Part shown: positions 26,837-36,815 of the stretch, one piece after another
Position numbering within the stretch: the stretch's first letter is position 1
How the letters are laid out: every line of letters begins with the position of its first letter
Source: a bacterium
GTDB taxonomy: Bacteria > Chloroflexota > Anaerolineae > Anaerolineales > Anaerolineaceae
Direction: 5' to 3'
Assembly: GCA_963618265.1 (NCBI GenBank)
Contig: CAVESB010000004.1
Location: 813-64,812, forward strand
DNA: 64,000 nt
Translations under genes and position numbers: made by a program
The notes under the pieces: generated by a model
Told to the model about the DNA's origin: nothing
Databases searched by the model: none
Seen by the model: only the letters and a program-made list of their open reading frames with translations

Positions 26837-28055
26837 AACGCGTAAACATTCACGCAATCCGTTCTTCGAGAACTGCCCGGATCGACGCCATAACGCCGAA
26901 AGCAATAAATGGCACCGCATCCCCGAAGGATATCTGCCGCTGAGTATCGCAGATATGGACTGTATGTCACCGCTCGAAGTGCGTGATGCCTTGAGCAGGC
27001 GTGTCGAGCATAATGTCTTCGGTTACGGCAGACCGCTCCCTGAACTGCACGCGTTGATTTGCGATCACATGGGGAAGAAGTATAATTGGCAGATTTCCGA
27101 GGACAGCATCCGCTGGTCCGCGGGAGTCATTATGGGCTTCAATCAGGTCCTTGACGGTCTGGCGGAGTCCGATGACGGGATCGTCCTGCAAACCCCGAAT
27201 TATCCTCCTATTCTGGAAACGCCGGGATTCCGTCATCTGCCGATGACTTCTTCCCCGTTGGTGAAGGACGCGAGCGGGCGTTATGAGATCGACTTCGACC
27301 TTTTTGAGAAGTCGATCACCCCGCGGACGAAGTTCTTCCTTTTCAGCAATCCGCAGAACCCGACGGGGCGCGTGTTTACCCGTGAAGAGTTGGAAAAGAT
27401 CGCGGAAATCTGCCTGCGTCATCACCTCTGGATTCTCTCCGACGAGATTCATCAGGATATGATTTTCAGCGGACATCATCATATTCCGATTGCTTCGCTG
27501 GATAAAGAAGTCGAGAACATCACCGCGACATTCACTGCGGCAAGCAAAACCTATAATATCGCCGGGCTGAAATGCTCCTACGCTGTCATTCCCAACCCGG
27601 TGCTGCGCGGTGCGTTCGACCGCGGCGGCGCGGGACTGGTTGACAGTCTCAACGTGTTGGGACTGACCGCCCTGGACGCGGCTTACCGTTACGGGGACCG
27701 GTGGCTGGCTGATGTCATGACTTATCTGGAAGAGAACCGCGATTATGTTGCCGATGAAGTCGCGTCCATTGACGGGATGAGCATGTATAAACCGGAAGGT
27801 ACCTACCTCGCCTGGATCAACTGCGAAGGGCTGAACCTCGGCTGCTCCCCGTACAGGTTCTTCTATGACAACGCCCATATCGTGTTCAACGAAGGCAGCA
27901 CTTTCGGAGACGGCTGCGGGAATTACATCCGTATGAATTTCGGCACCTCGTTTGAGAGACTGCAGAAGGCTTTCGCCGATATGCGCGTCGCGCTGGATAA
28001 GCGCAATACATCGGGGGACTGCTGTCCTTCCCGTACACCGAAAGGACTTTTGTGA
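26829..28055 (+). CDS. PLP-dependent C-S beta-lyase, MalY/PatB family
   Basis: 408 aa from ATG 26829. NAESNKWHRIPEGYLPLSIADMDCMSP, SDEIHQDM and the Schiff-base motif AASKTYNIAGLK. Confidence 0.8.
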   Translation: MTETRKHSRNPFFENCPDRRHNAESNKWHRIPEGYLPLSIADMDCMSPLEVRDALSRRVEHNVFGYGRPLPELHALICDHMGKKYNWQISEDSIRWSAGVIMGFNQVLDGLAESDDGIVLQTPNYPPILETPGFRHLPMTSSPLVKDASGRYEIDFDLFEKSITPRTKFFLFSNPQNPTGRVFTREELEKIAEICLRHHLWILSDEIHQDMIFSGHHHIPIASLDKEVENITATFTAASKTYNIAGLKCSYAVIPNPVLRGAFDRGGAGLVDSLNVLGLTALDAAYRYGDRWLADVMTYLEENRDYVADEVASIDGMSMYKPEGTYLAWINCEGLNLGCSPYRFFYDNAHIVFNEGSTFGDGCGNYIRMNFGTSFERLQKAFADMRVALDKRNTSGDCCPSRTPKGLL

Positions 28056-29044
28056 TGACAAAAATTCTTGAAGTCAATAATCTGAAAACCGAGTTCAAAA
28101 CCAAGGACGGCATTGTTCACGCCGTGAACGGTGTTTCCTTCTCGCTGGATGAACGGGAGACGCTCGGCGTTGTGGGCGAATCCGGCTGCGGCAAGAGCGT
28201 CTCGATCATGTCCATGCTGCGCCTGATTGACTGCCCGCCGGGGAAAATCGTTGCCGGTGAGGTCATGTACAACGGTCAGGATCTGCTGAAATTGAAAGAA
28301 GAAGAACTCCGCCGCATCCGCGGCAACGACATTTCCGTCGTTTTTCAGGATCCGATGACCTTCTTCAACCCCGTGATGACTATCGGCGACCAGGTCGCCG
28401 AGACCTATCTGATGCATCATAAAGCCTCAAAGAAGGAAGCCCTTGAACGAGCACAGAAGTATCTTGAGCTGGTGGGCATTCCGCACGCCAAACAACGTCT
28501 TAAGAGCTACCCGCATGAGTTCTCCGGCGGTATGCGCCAGCGCGCCATGATCGCCATGGCTCTCATCAGCGAGCCGAAAATCCTGATCGCCGATGAGCCG
28601 ACAACCGCACTGGACGTTACGATTCAGGCGCAGATCGTCGAGCTGGTGAAGAAGCTGCGTGACGAGATCGGCATGTCCATCATTTGGATTACGCATGACC
28701 TCGGACTTATCGCCGGTCTTGCGGATCGCATCAACGTGATGTACGGCGGTTTGATCATCGAGACGGCGCCCGTGAAGAGCCTTTACAGCAATCCGCGGCA
28801 TCCGTACACGATCGGGCTGCTGGGTTCCCTGCCCCGCATGAACGAGAAGTCTTATTACCGCCTGACCTCCATTGACGGGATTCCGCCCGTGCTGATGACC
28901 GAGCCGGATTACTGTCCCTTCGTCAACCGCTGCAAATTCGCCGTGGAAAAGTGTAAGAACCAACGTCCGTCCCTGCAGCCGATTGATGACAACGGTCATC
29001 TCTGCGCCTGCTGGATTGATCCCGAAACCGGAAAGGAGCGTTGA
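28052..29044 (+). CDS. Opp/Dpp-type ABC ATPase (DppD/OppD-like)
   Basis: Walker A GESGCGKS, signature SGGMRQR, Walker [11 protein letters not shown]-terminal oligopeptide-type extension. Start is GTG 28052 or ATG 28055. Both overlap the lyase stop (GTGATGA). Confidence 0.9.
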   Translation: MMTKILEVNNLKTEFKTKDGIVHAVNGVSFSLDERETLGVVGESGCGKSVSIMSMLRLIDCPPGKIVAGEVMYNGQDLLKLKEEELRRIRGNDISVVFQDPMTFFNPVMTIGDQVAETYLMHHKASKKEALERAQKYLELVGIPHAKQRLKSYPHEFSGGMRQRAMIAMALISEPKILIADEPTTALDVTIQAQIVELVKKLRDEIGMSIIWITHDLGLIAGLADRINVMYGGLIIETAPVKSLYSNPRHPYTIGLLGSLPRMNEKSYYRLTSIDGIPPVLMTEPDYCPFVNRCKFAVEKCKNQRPSLQPIDDNGHLCACWIDPETGKER

Positions 29045-29050
29045 TCGCAT

Positions 29051-30040
29051 ATGGAAAATAAAGAAGTTCTTCTGAGCGTTCAGGATCTGAAAAAGTATTT
29101 TCCCATCAAAGACGGCATCATTTTCTCACGTACCGTGGGGAATGTCCACGCTGTGGACGGCTTGACCTTTGACATTTATAAAGGTGAGACTTTGGGACTT
29201 GTCGGCGAGTCCGGCTGCGGCAAGTCCACAACGGGACGCACCATTCTGCAGCTGCAGCGTGCAACCTCCGGCAAAGTGCTCTTCAACGGACAGGATTTGA
29301 CACAGCTCACAGGGAATGACCTGCGGGCGATTCGCAAGGATTTGCAGATCATCTTCCAGGATCCTTACGCAAGCCTTGACCCGCGTATGTCCGTTGCGCA
29401 GCTGATTGGTGAACCCATGCGCATCCACAAAATCAACAGCGGTGAGGCGCGTACACAGCGGGTCAAGGAGCTGATGGAGCTCGTCGGGCTGAATCCTGCC
29501 TTCATCAACCGCTTCCCGCACGAGTTCTCCGGCGGTCAGCGTCAGCGTATCGGCATTGCCCGCGCTCTGGCACTGCAGCCGAAGATGATCGTCTGCGATG
29601 AGCCGATCTCCGCGCTGGATGTCTCCGTGCAGGCGCAGGTTGTCAACCTGCTTGAGGATCTTCAGTCTCAGATGGGACTGACCTATCTCTTCATTGCGCA
29701 TGACCTTTCCATGGTGCGCCACATCTCCAACCGCATCGGCGTGATGTACCTCGGCGTGATCGTTGAGCTTGCCGAGCGCAATGAGCTGTATGACGAGCCG
29801 CTGCATCCCTATACCCAGGCACTGCTTTCCGCCGTGCCGTATCCGGATCCCTTCGTGGAAGAATCCCGTCAGCGCATCATTCTTGAAGGCGATGTTCCCT
29901 CGCCGATCAACCCGCCCTCCGGCTGCCGTTTCCGCACACGCTGCCGATTCGCAAAAGATATCTGCGCGAAAGAGCGTCCGGAATTCAAAGAGTACAAACC
30001 CGGTCATTTTGCCGCCTGCCATTTCGCCGGGCAGCAGTAA
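29051..30040 (+). CDS. Opp/Dpp-type ABC ATPase (DppF/OppF-like)
   Basis: Walker [30 protein letters not shown]-terminal [10 protein letters not shown] motif. Confidence 0.9.
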   Translation: MENKEVLLSVQDLKKYFPIKDGIIFSRTVGNVHAVDGLTFDIYKGETLGLVGESGCGKSTTGRTILQLQRATSGKVLFNGQDLTQLTGNDLRAIRKDLQIIFQDPYASLDPRMSVAQLIGEPMRIHKINSGEARTQRVKELMELVGLNPAFINRFPHEFSGGQRQRIGIARALALQPKMIVCDEPISALDVSVQAQVVNLLEDLQSQMGLTYLFIAHDLSMVRHISNRIGVMYLGVIVELAERNELYDEPLHPYTQALLSAVPYPDPFVEESRQRIILEGDVPSPINPPSGCRFRTRCRFAKDICAKERPEFKEYKPGHFAACHFAGQQ

Positions 30041-30051
30041 GCAAAGGCATT

Positions 30052-30084
30052 ACAGCCGGCGGGGTTCACCCGCCGGCTGTTTTG
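30052..30084 (+). terminator. rho-independent terminator of the 15-kb operon
   Basis: ACAGCCGGCGG-N7-CCGCCGGCTGT followed by TTTTG. Confidence 0.85.
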
Positions 30085-30140
30085 TGAAATACGGGTTTTA
30101 CACAGCAAAAATGTGTAACAGCCGCAGCGTGAAACGGTCA

Positions 30141-30157
30141 TATGACATTATGACAAA
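30141..30157 (+). promoter_or_regulatory. 17-bp box TATGACATTATGACAAA, candidate operator upstream of iorA
   Basis: Tandem TGACA-N3-TGACA, 228 nt upstream of the iorA ATG. Matches 14975-14991 (minus) at 15/17 positions. A further TGACA lies at 30239, and an inverted repeat TTACACA-N7-TGTGTAA at 30098-30118. Confidence 0.4.
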
Positions 30158-30384
30158 TATAACAGCCATACGGTTCGTTTGTCCAACAATCGCCTCGTGA
30201 ACAGCGAAAAAAGACTGACGAATGTAATAAAAATAATATGACATATTGCTTTCTGAGCTTAATGCGAAATGTACTTATCAAGAAAACAATTTGGTAGATA
30301 ATAGGTTTAATTAGCATTTCAGTGGGATCGGTCAACCTGTGCTTGATCCTGTTTATTTTCAAAATTAGGAGAAGAGGAACCTAA

Positions 30385-32178
30385 ATGAAAAGATTAATGA
30401 CTGGTAATGAAGCCCTGGCTCGTGGCTGCTACGAAGCCGGCGTGAAAGTCGCCACCGGTTATCCCGGCACCCCGAGTTCCGAGATTCTGGAAAACATGGT
30501 TCAGTATAAGGATGTGATCTATTCCGAGTGGGGCACCAACGAAAAGACCGCTACGGAAGCCGCCATCGGCGCCGCATTCGCCGGCCGCCGTGCCATCACG
30601 ACCATGAAACAGGTTGGCATGAACGTTGCCGCCGACGCGTTTTTCTTCTCTGCGTACACCGGCGCCCGCGCCGGCTTGATCATCCTCGTTGCGGATGATG
30701 CCGGCATGTTCAGCTCCCAGAACGAACAGGACAACCGTCATTATGCTCCTTTCGCCAAAATGCCGCTGTTCGAGCCTGCTGACAGCCAGGAAGCCAAAGA
30801 CTTTGTCAAGATCGCCCTCGAACTCTCCGAGAAGTGGGATGTCCCTGTCCTCTACAGAACCTGTATGCGCGTAGCTCATTCCGCCTCCCCGGTCGAACTC
30901 GGTGAGCGCAATTGGGATGACGAAAAGCTGCCCGAAAAGTGGGTTCGCAATCAGCCGAAATACGTCATGTCCGCCGCTTGGGCAAAACTGAAGCGCCCGA
31001 TGATTGAGCAGCGCCTGATTGACCTCGTTGAAGAATCCAATAAGATCTCCATCAACCGCCTTGAATGGGGCGACCGCAAGCTCGGTATCATTGCCTCCGG
31101 TCCTGTCTATCATTACGCCCGCGAAATCTTCCCGGATGCCACTTTCCTGAAACTCGGCATGACCTATCCTCTTCCGGAAGGTCTGATCCGTGAAATGGCT
31201 GCCGGTGTTGATCAGGTTCTCGTTATCGAAGAGCTTGATCCTTTCATCGAACAGCAGGTCAAGGCCATGGGCATCAACTGCATCGGCAAGGAAATCTTCT
31301 CACGCTACGGCGAACTGCTCACCGGTGATATCGAACGCGCCTGCGCCAAGGCCGGTCTGCTTGACCCCTCCAAGGTTGCCGAACAGCGCGACGTCCGGCC
31401 GCAGAACCTGCCGCAGCGTTCTCCGTGCCTCTGCCCGGGCTGCCCGCATCGCTCTACCTTCTTCAACCTTGCGAAGATGAAGGATCTTATCATTGTTTCC
31501 GATATCGGCTGCTACAACCTCGGCGCGCTTGCTCCGTTCCACGCGACTGACTTCATGGGTTCCATGGGTGCCGGTTTCGGCGTTGCTCACGGTTTTGAAA
31601 TCGCCGATCAGCTCAAGACCGGTCAGAAGATCATCGGTATCGTCGGCGACTCCACTTTCTACCACAACGGCGTCACCCCGCTGCTGAACATGGTTCACAA
31701 CGGTTCCAACATTACCCTGATGGTGCTCGACAACAGCACCACCGCAATGACCGGCCGCCAGGATCATCCGGGCGTCCCGATGACGCTCATGGGCAAACCC
31801 GTCAAGGGTATTGATATGGAAGCTTTCGTCCGTTCCATGGGTGTTGAGGATGTTGTCAAAGTCAATGCCTTTGACGTGAAGGCTGTTGACAAGACCATCC
31901 GCGAAGCTCTGGATCGCGAAGGTCTCTCTTTCGTCATCGTTCAGGGACCGTGCTATCAGATCGCCCGCAAGAACAAGCCGGCTCCGGTTGTTGATGCGAC
32001 GAAGTGCAACGGCTGCGGTACCTGCTTCAAGCTCGGCTGCTCTGCGATTGCCCGTACCAACGAAGTCGATGAAAAGACCGGTTTCAGAAAGTCTTCTGTC
32101 GACCCGGTTCTCTGCGTAGGCTGCACAATGTGCGAACAGGTCTGCCCGCGCCATGCGATTGGCCCCAAAGCTGACTAA
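30385..32178 (+). CDS. iorA: indolepyruvate:ferredoxin oxidoreductase, alpha subunit
   Basis: 597 aa. N-terminus MTGNEALARGCYEAGVKVATGYPGTPSSEI, a TPP domain, and two C-terminal ferredoxin motifs (CNGCGTCFKLGC; CVGCTMCEQVCP). Confidence 0.85.
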   Translation: MKRLMTGNEALARGCYEAGVKVATGYPGTPSSEILENMVQYKDVIYSEWGTNEKTATEAAIGAAFAGRRAITTMKQVGMNVAADAFFFSAYTGARAGLIILVADDAGMFSSQNEQDNRHYAPFAKMPLFEPADSQEAKDFVKIALELSEKWDVPVLYRTCMRVAHSASPVELGERNWDDEKLPEKWVRNQPKYVMSAAWAKLKRPMIEQRLIDLVEESNKISINRLEWGDRKLGIIASGPVYHYAREIFPDATFLKLGMTYPLPEGLIREMAAGVDQVLVIEELDPFIEQQVKAMGINCIGKEIFSRYGELLTGDIERACAKAGLLDPSKVAEQRDVRPQNLPQRSPCLCPGCPHRSTFFNLAKMKDLIIVSDIGCYNLGALAPFHATDFMGSMGAGFGVAHGFEIADQLKTGQKIIGIVGDSTFYHNGVTPLLNMVHNGSNITLMVLDNSTTAMTGRQDHPGVPMTLMGKPVKGIDMEAFVRSMGVEDVVKVNAFDVKAVDKTIREALDREGLSFVIVQGPCYQIARKNKPAPVVDATKCNGCGTCFKLGCSAIARTNEVDEKTGFRKSSVDPVLCVGCTMCEQVCPRHAIGPKAD

Positions 32179-32199
32179 TTGAAAGGAACGAACTAACTC

Positions 32200-32796
32200 A
32201 TGGAAACTATTAACTTCCTCATCACCGGTGTTGGCGGCCAGGGTACCGTTCTGGCCAGCGAAATCATGGCGGCTGCCGGTTTCGCCGCAGGTTTTGATGT
32301 AAAAAAATCCGACCTTCTCGGTCTGTCCGTCCGCGGCGGTGCCGTCCTCGGTCATGTCCGCTGGGGTCAGCCCGTTTATTCTCCGATCGTTCCCGAAGGC
32401 CGTGTTGATTACCTCCTTGCCTTTGAAGAACTCGAAGCCATGCGCCACCTCGGTCAGGTGAAATCCACCGGCACCATTCTGGTCAACAAACAGAAGATTT
32501 TCCCTGTTTCTGTTTCCGCCGGTGAAGCTGTTTACCCGTCCGATGAAGAAATCAACACCGCGCTGCACAAGTGCGCCGGGAACGTCTACATGGTTCCGGG
32601 CATTGATATGGCGCTCGAAATCGGCAAGTCCCAGTGTCTGAACGTCGTTCTCATCGGCGCCATCTCCGGCCTGTTCGATGATATTTCCGCCGACATTTGG
32701 GAAAACACCCTCCGCGAACGTGTAAAGCCGAAGTTCATTGACATGAACATTGCCGCTTTCCGTGCCGGCCGCAATTGGATGCAGGAGAACAGATAA
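32200..32796 (+). CDS. iorB: indolepyruvate:ferredoxin oxidoreductase, beta subunit
   Basis: 198 aa. ITGVGGQGTVLAS, GLSVRGGAVLGHVRWG. Confidence 0.8.
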   Translation: METINFLITGVGGQGTVLASEIMAAAGFAAGFDVKKSDLLGLSVRGGAVLGHVRWGQPVYSPIVPEGRVDYLLAFEELEAMRHLGQVKSTGTILVNKQKIFPVSVSAGEAVYPSDEEINTALHKCAGNVYMVPGIDMALEIGKSQCLNVVLIGAISGLFDDISADIWENTLRERVKPKFIDMNIAAFRAGRNWMQENR

Positions 32797-33503
32797 TGCG
32801 TATTTTTGTCATCAACCCGAATTCATCCGAACATGTAACGAAGCATGTTGAAGAAGCGCTGATGAAGATCAAGCGCGCCGACACCGAGCTGACTGTTGTC
32901 TGCCCGGAACACGGTCCGATCTCTATCGAATCCGCTTATGACGAAGCACTCGCCGCTTACAACATTCTGCCGCTGGTCAAGCGTGCGAATGAAGAAGGTT
33001 ACGATGCCGTGATCCTTGCCTGTTTCTCCGACCCCGGTCTGGATGCCGCGAAGGAAATCTCCGACATTCCGGTTATCGGTATCGAAGAGTCCACCCTGCA
33101 TATGGCCGCTATGCTCGGTCACAAGTTCTCCATCATGACCGGCATGAAGCGCCGCGTCCCGACCCGCGACTGCCATTGCCGTGAGCGCGGTGTGCTGGAC
33201 TTCTACGCTTCCTCCCCGGCGCTTGAGATGAGCGTCACCGAGATGGATGCCGATGCCGCGAAGGCGAAGGCCCGCATCATTGAAAAGGCTCGCGTCGCTG
33301 TTGAAAAAGACGGCGCTGAAGTGATTATTCTCGGCTGTGCCGGTCTTGCCGGTTATGCCGAAGATATTGAGAAGGAGCTGGGCGTTGTCGTCCTGGATCC
33401 GAGTTCTGTTGCGCTGAAGGTGACGGAAGCCATTGTTGACCTGGGTCTGCATCACAGCAAGGTCGGCCGCTTCTCCTATCCTCCGAAGAAGGAAATCAAA
33501 TAG
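32796..33503 (+). CDS. Asp/Glu/hydantoin racemase family protein
   Basis: 235 aa from ATG 32796 (TAATG overlap with iorB). MRIFVINPNSS, with both catalytic-Cys contexts present (ACFSDPGL and LGCAGLAG). Confidence 0.75.
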   Translation: MRIFVINPNSSEHVTKHVEEALMKIKRADTELTVVCPEHGPISIESAYDEALAAYNILPLVKRANEEGYDAVILACFSDPGLDAAKEISDIPVIGIEESTLHMAAMLGHKFSIMTGMKRRVPTRDCHCRERGVLDFYASSPALEMSVTEMDADAAKAKARIIEKARVAVEKDGAEVIILGCAGLAGYAEDIEKELGVVVLDPSSVALKVTEAIVDLGLHHSKVGRFSYPPKKEIK

Positions 33504-33533
33504 TTTTTACAAAATCTTGGAAAGGGATTCTCT

Positions 33534-34604
33534 ATGATCAATATTACCCGTGGTGTTCCTCCGCTCGACGTTTTCCCGATCGACGAGCTGATTGAAGCCG
33601 GCAACGCGAACCTTCGCGAAGACGGTAAGCGCGTATTGCAGTACCTGCACGCGCCCGGTTATCCTCCGCTCCTTGAGCTGCTTGCCAAGAAGCACAATGT
33701 TGATCCTTCTCAGGTCATCCTCGGCAACAGCTCCCTTGAACTGCTGCACTTCGCGACCATGACCGAGGTGAAAAAGGGCGGTACGATCTTTATTGAATCC
33801 CCTTCCTATGACCGTGCCAATACGCTGGCTCTGCGCTGCGGCGCGAATGTGGTTGGCATTCCGGTTGAAACCGATGGCGTTGACCTCAATGCTTTTGAAG
33901 ATGCGCTGAAGAAGAACCGCCCGGATCTGCTCTACATCATCGCCGACTTCCAGAACCCGATGGGCATCACCACAAGTGCCGCCAAGCGCGAACAGATCGC
34001 CAAATGGGCACGTGAATATGACTTCCTCGTTCTTGAGGACGCTCCTTACCGCGAACTGCGCTACTTCGGTGAATCTCTGCCCTCCATCTCGTCCTTCGCT
34101 CCGGAACATGTGCTGACCACCTCCTCCTTCTCCAAAACGCTGGCACCGGGTCTGCGCATGGGCTACGCTTACGGTCCGAAAGAAGTCATTCAGCGTCTGA
34201 CCGCCTGGGAAGTCGATACCTATATCGGTACCGTCACCCCGACGCAGGGTATGGTTTACCAATACATGAAGGAAGGCAAATACGAGCCGAACCTTGAGAA
34301 GTTGCGCAACCTCTACCGCCCGCGCCTGCAGGCCATGCTTGAGGTGATTCAGGAGAATCTGCCCGATGCCGTTTATCCGAAGCCGGAAGGCGGTTACTTC
34401 ATCGGTGTGACCCTCCCCGAAGGCAACAGCATGGAAGAGCTTCTGCCCGCCGCCGCCGCTGCCGGATACAAGATCACGGACGGCCGCGGTTATTACCTGA
34501 ACCCGAAGGACGGCGATCGCTTCCTGAGAATGCCGTTCCCGGCGATGACTCCGGAAGAAATCCGCAGAGATGTTCCGGGCTTATTCAAACTCATCAAGAA
34601 ATAA
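33534..34604 (+). CDS. class I/II PLP-dependent aminotransferase
   Basis: 356 aa. ITRGVPP, LEDAPYRELRY, SSFSKTLAPGLRMGY lysine motif. Confidence 0.8.
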   Translation: MINITRGVPPLDVFPIDELIEAGNANLREDGKRVLQYLHAPGYPPLLELLAKKHNVDPSQVILGNSSLELLHFATMTEVKKGGTIFIESPSYDRANTLALRCGANVVGIPVETDGVDLNAFEDALKKNRPDLLYIIADFQNPMGITTSAAKREQIAKWAREYDFLVLEDAPYRELRYFGESLPSISSFAPEHVLTTSSFSKTLAPGLRMGYAYGPKEVIQRLTAWEVDTYIGTVTPTQGMVYQYMKEGKYEPNLEKLRNLYRPRLQAMLEVIQENLPDAVYPKPEGGYFIGVTLPEGNSMEELLPAAAAAGYKITDGRGYYLNPKDGDRFLRMPFPAMTPEEIRRDVPGLFKLIKK

Positions 34605-34673
34605 GATGGACACTGACAATGAGGACCGGCAAACGGCCCTCATTGTATCTCATTAAAAGGAAAAAGAAAAAGA

Positions 34674-36815
34674 ATGACCTCTCAATTCAAAGATTTGACC
34701 CCGCTTCTTGAACCGAAAAGCATTGCTGTGCTCGGCGCATCCGAACGTCACGGCAGTGCCGGCCGTCTGGTCATGGAGAACCTTGAAAAAGTCGGTTATC
34801 AGGGTGAAATCTATCCGATCAACCCGAAGAGCGAAACCGTTCTCGGACACAAATGCTATAAGTCCCTTGAAGAAGTCGGCAAACCGATTGACATGGTTGC
34901 CATCCTGATCGCCGCGAAGAATGTCCTCCCGACACTCAAAACGATGAAGACCCTCAATATCCCCGCCGCCTGGGTATTGGCCGCCGGTTTTTCCGAATCA
35001 GGCGCCGAAGGCAAGGCGATGCAGGAAGAAATTACTGCGTTTGCCAAAGAGAATAATCAGCTTGTCCTCGGTCCGAACTGTATCGGCGTGGTGAACCTTC
35101 CGAGTCATTCCGCTACCTATTCCGTCGCCATCCCGGACAAGGCCAAAGCCGGCAACATCTCCGTTGTCATGCAGTCCGGCGCGATCCTCATGGGGCTGCT
35201 GAACTCCGCCCGCTGCGGTTTCCGCTATCTGATTTCTGCGGGCAACCAGGCCGTTCTCGAAACTTCCGACTTCATCGGCTTCATGGCCGACGATCCCGGC
35301 ACCAAGGTCATCTGCACTTTCGTTGAAGGCATCAAAGATACCGAAAAGTTCATTGCCGCCTGCCGCGCCGCCCGCGCCGCGCATAAACCGGTCATCATGC
35401 TGAAAGTCGGCCGTTCCGAAGCCGCTCAGCGCGCTGTTCAGGCGCACACCGGTTCGCTTGCCGGTTCCGATAATGTTCTGAGCGCTGTTTTGAAACGTGA
35501 AGGCGTCATCCGCGTGAACTCCCTGGACGAACTGCTTGAGACTGCTGAACTTTTCTCCTCCTGCCCGCTCCCGAAGAGCGACGGCATCGGTCTGCTCAGC
35601 CTTTCCGGCGGGCAGATTGGTCTTATCGGCGATATTTCCAACGGGATGGGGTTGAATTTCCCCAAGTTCTCCGATGAAGCCACTGCCGAACTGATGACCG
35701 TTCTGCCGGACTTCTGCAATCCGACCAACCCGCTGGATGCCTGGGGCAACGGCGATCTTGAGAAAATGCTGCCGGGCTGCATCAATGTCATGTCCAAACA
35801 GGATAACCTCGGCTTGATCGGCATTTCCCGCGATACCCCGCTCGGTGCGGCTGAACGTGAAATCGAAATGTCCACTCGCATTGCCGAAGCCGCCGTGAAA
35901 GTGAAGAAAGAAACCGACAAAGGAATCTTCATGTTCTCCAACGTTTCCGGTTCCTTTGACCCGAGCGTCGAGAACTATCTGCGTGAGAACGGCGTGCCGT
36001 ATCTGCAGGGTACGCAGGAAGCCATGTTCGCACTGCAGCAGCTGGAAGAGTTCACAAAATTCGTGAATCAACCGGCACGTGTTGAGGCTGTCAACCCGGT
36101 TTCCGATGCTGTCCGCGCTGAATGGAAAGCCCGCTTCGCTTCCCTTGACCGTCCGCTGACGGAGACAGAAAGCCGCGAGCTGCTTGCCGCTTACGGTATT
36201 CGCGGTCCGCTGGAAAAGACTGCCGCGACCGCCGAGGAAGCCGTGAAGCTCTGTAATGAAATCGGCTACCCTGTCGTCATGAAGATCCTCTCCCCCGATA
36301 TCAAACACAAGACTGAATGCGGCGGCGTGAAAGTCGGTTTGAAGAGCGATGCCGAAGCTGTTGCCGCTTTCGATGAAATCATGAAGAATGCCGCGGCCTA
36401 CGATCCGAAGGCTCGCCTTGAGGGCGTGATCATCCAGGAAATGATCCCGAGCACCGCTGTGGAAGTCCTGCTCGGTGTGATTCAGGATCACTCCTTCGGC
36501 CCCGTCATTGTCTTCGGCGCCGGCGGTATTCTGGTTGAGTTGATGAAGGATTCCGTCCTTGGTTTGGCTCCGTTGAACAAAGACGACGCTTTGGGAATGA
36601 TCAGGAGCACCCGCATTTACAAGATGCTCAAGGGCTTCCGCGGTAATCCGGAAACCGACATTGACGCGCTTGCCGATGCGCTCGTGAACCTTTCCTTCCT
36701 CGCGTCCGACTTCGCGGATGAAATGTCCGCGCTTGACATCAACCCGCTGATGGTTCTGCCGAAGGGCAAGGGCGTCTGTGCAGTTGATGCGCTGATTGAG
36801 GCTAAGAAAAAGTAA
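34674..36815 (+). CDS. ADP-forming acyl-CoA synthetase (fused alpha+beta; CoA-binding + ATP-grasp)
   Basis: 713 aa. SIAVLGASERHGSAG CoA-binding N-terminus, phosphohistidine loop VQAHTGSLAGSD, C-terminal ATP-grasp (GYPVVMKILSPDIKHKTECGGV). Confidence 0.8.
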   Translation: MTSQFKDLTPLLEPKSIAVLGASERHGSAGRLVMENLEKVGYQGEIYPINPKSETVLGHKCYKSLEEVGKPIDMVAILIAAKNVLPTLKTMKTLNIPAAWVLAAGFSESGAEGKAMQEEITAFAKENNQLVLGPNCIGVVNLPSHSATYSVAIPDKAKAGNISVVMQSGAILMGLLNSARCGFRYLISAGNQAVLETSDFIGFMADDPGTKVICTFVEGIKDTEKFIAACRAARAAHKPVIMLKVGRSEAAQRAVQAHTGSLAGSDNVLSAVLKREGVIRVNSLDELLETAELFSSCPLPKSDGIGLLSLSGGQIGLIGDISNGMGLNFPKFSDEATAELMTVLPDFCNPTNPLDAWGNGDLEKMLPGCINVMSKQDNLGLIGISRDTPLGAAEREIEMSTRIAEAAVKVKKETDKGIFMFSNVSGSFDPSVENYLRENGVPYLQGTQEAMFALQQLEEFTKFVNQPARVEAVNPVSDAVRAEWKARFASLDRPLTETESRELLAAYGIRGPLEKTAATAEEAVKLCNEIGYPVVMKILSPDIKHKTECGGVKVGLKSDAEAVAAFDEIMKNAAAYDPKARLEGVIIQEMIPSTAVEVLLGVIQDHSFGPVIVFGAGGILVELMKDSVLGLAPLNKDDALGMIRSTRIYKMLKGFRGNPETDIDALADALVNLSFLASDFADEMSALDINPLMVLPKGKGVCAVDALIEAKKK

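Noticed and set aside
24803-28055. FGE-fold protein + C-S lyase as a thiohistidine (ergothioneine/ovothiol, EgtB-EgtE / OvoA-OvoB-like) biosynthetic pair.
   Set aside because: EgtB/OvoA need an N-terminal DinB-type domain carrying the iron-binding His triad. Here the N-terminal part is a P-loop NTPase. No histidine methyltransferase (EgtD-like) or amidohydrolase (EgtC-like) is present. An oxygen-dependent sulfoxide synthase also fits poorly with the anaerobe-type gene content.
30138-30362. 74-aa minus-strand ORF in the oppF-iorA spacer.
   Set aside because: It lies in AT-rich promoter DNA with no RBS. It is Ile/Phe/Lys-rich, as expected from AT-rich non-coding sequence, and it overlaps the candidate operator and promoter elements.
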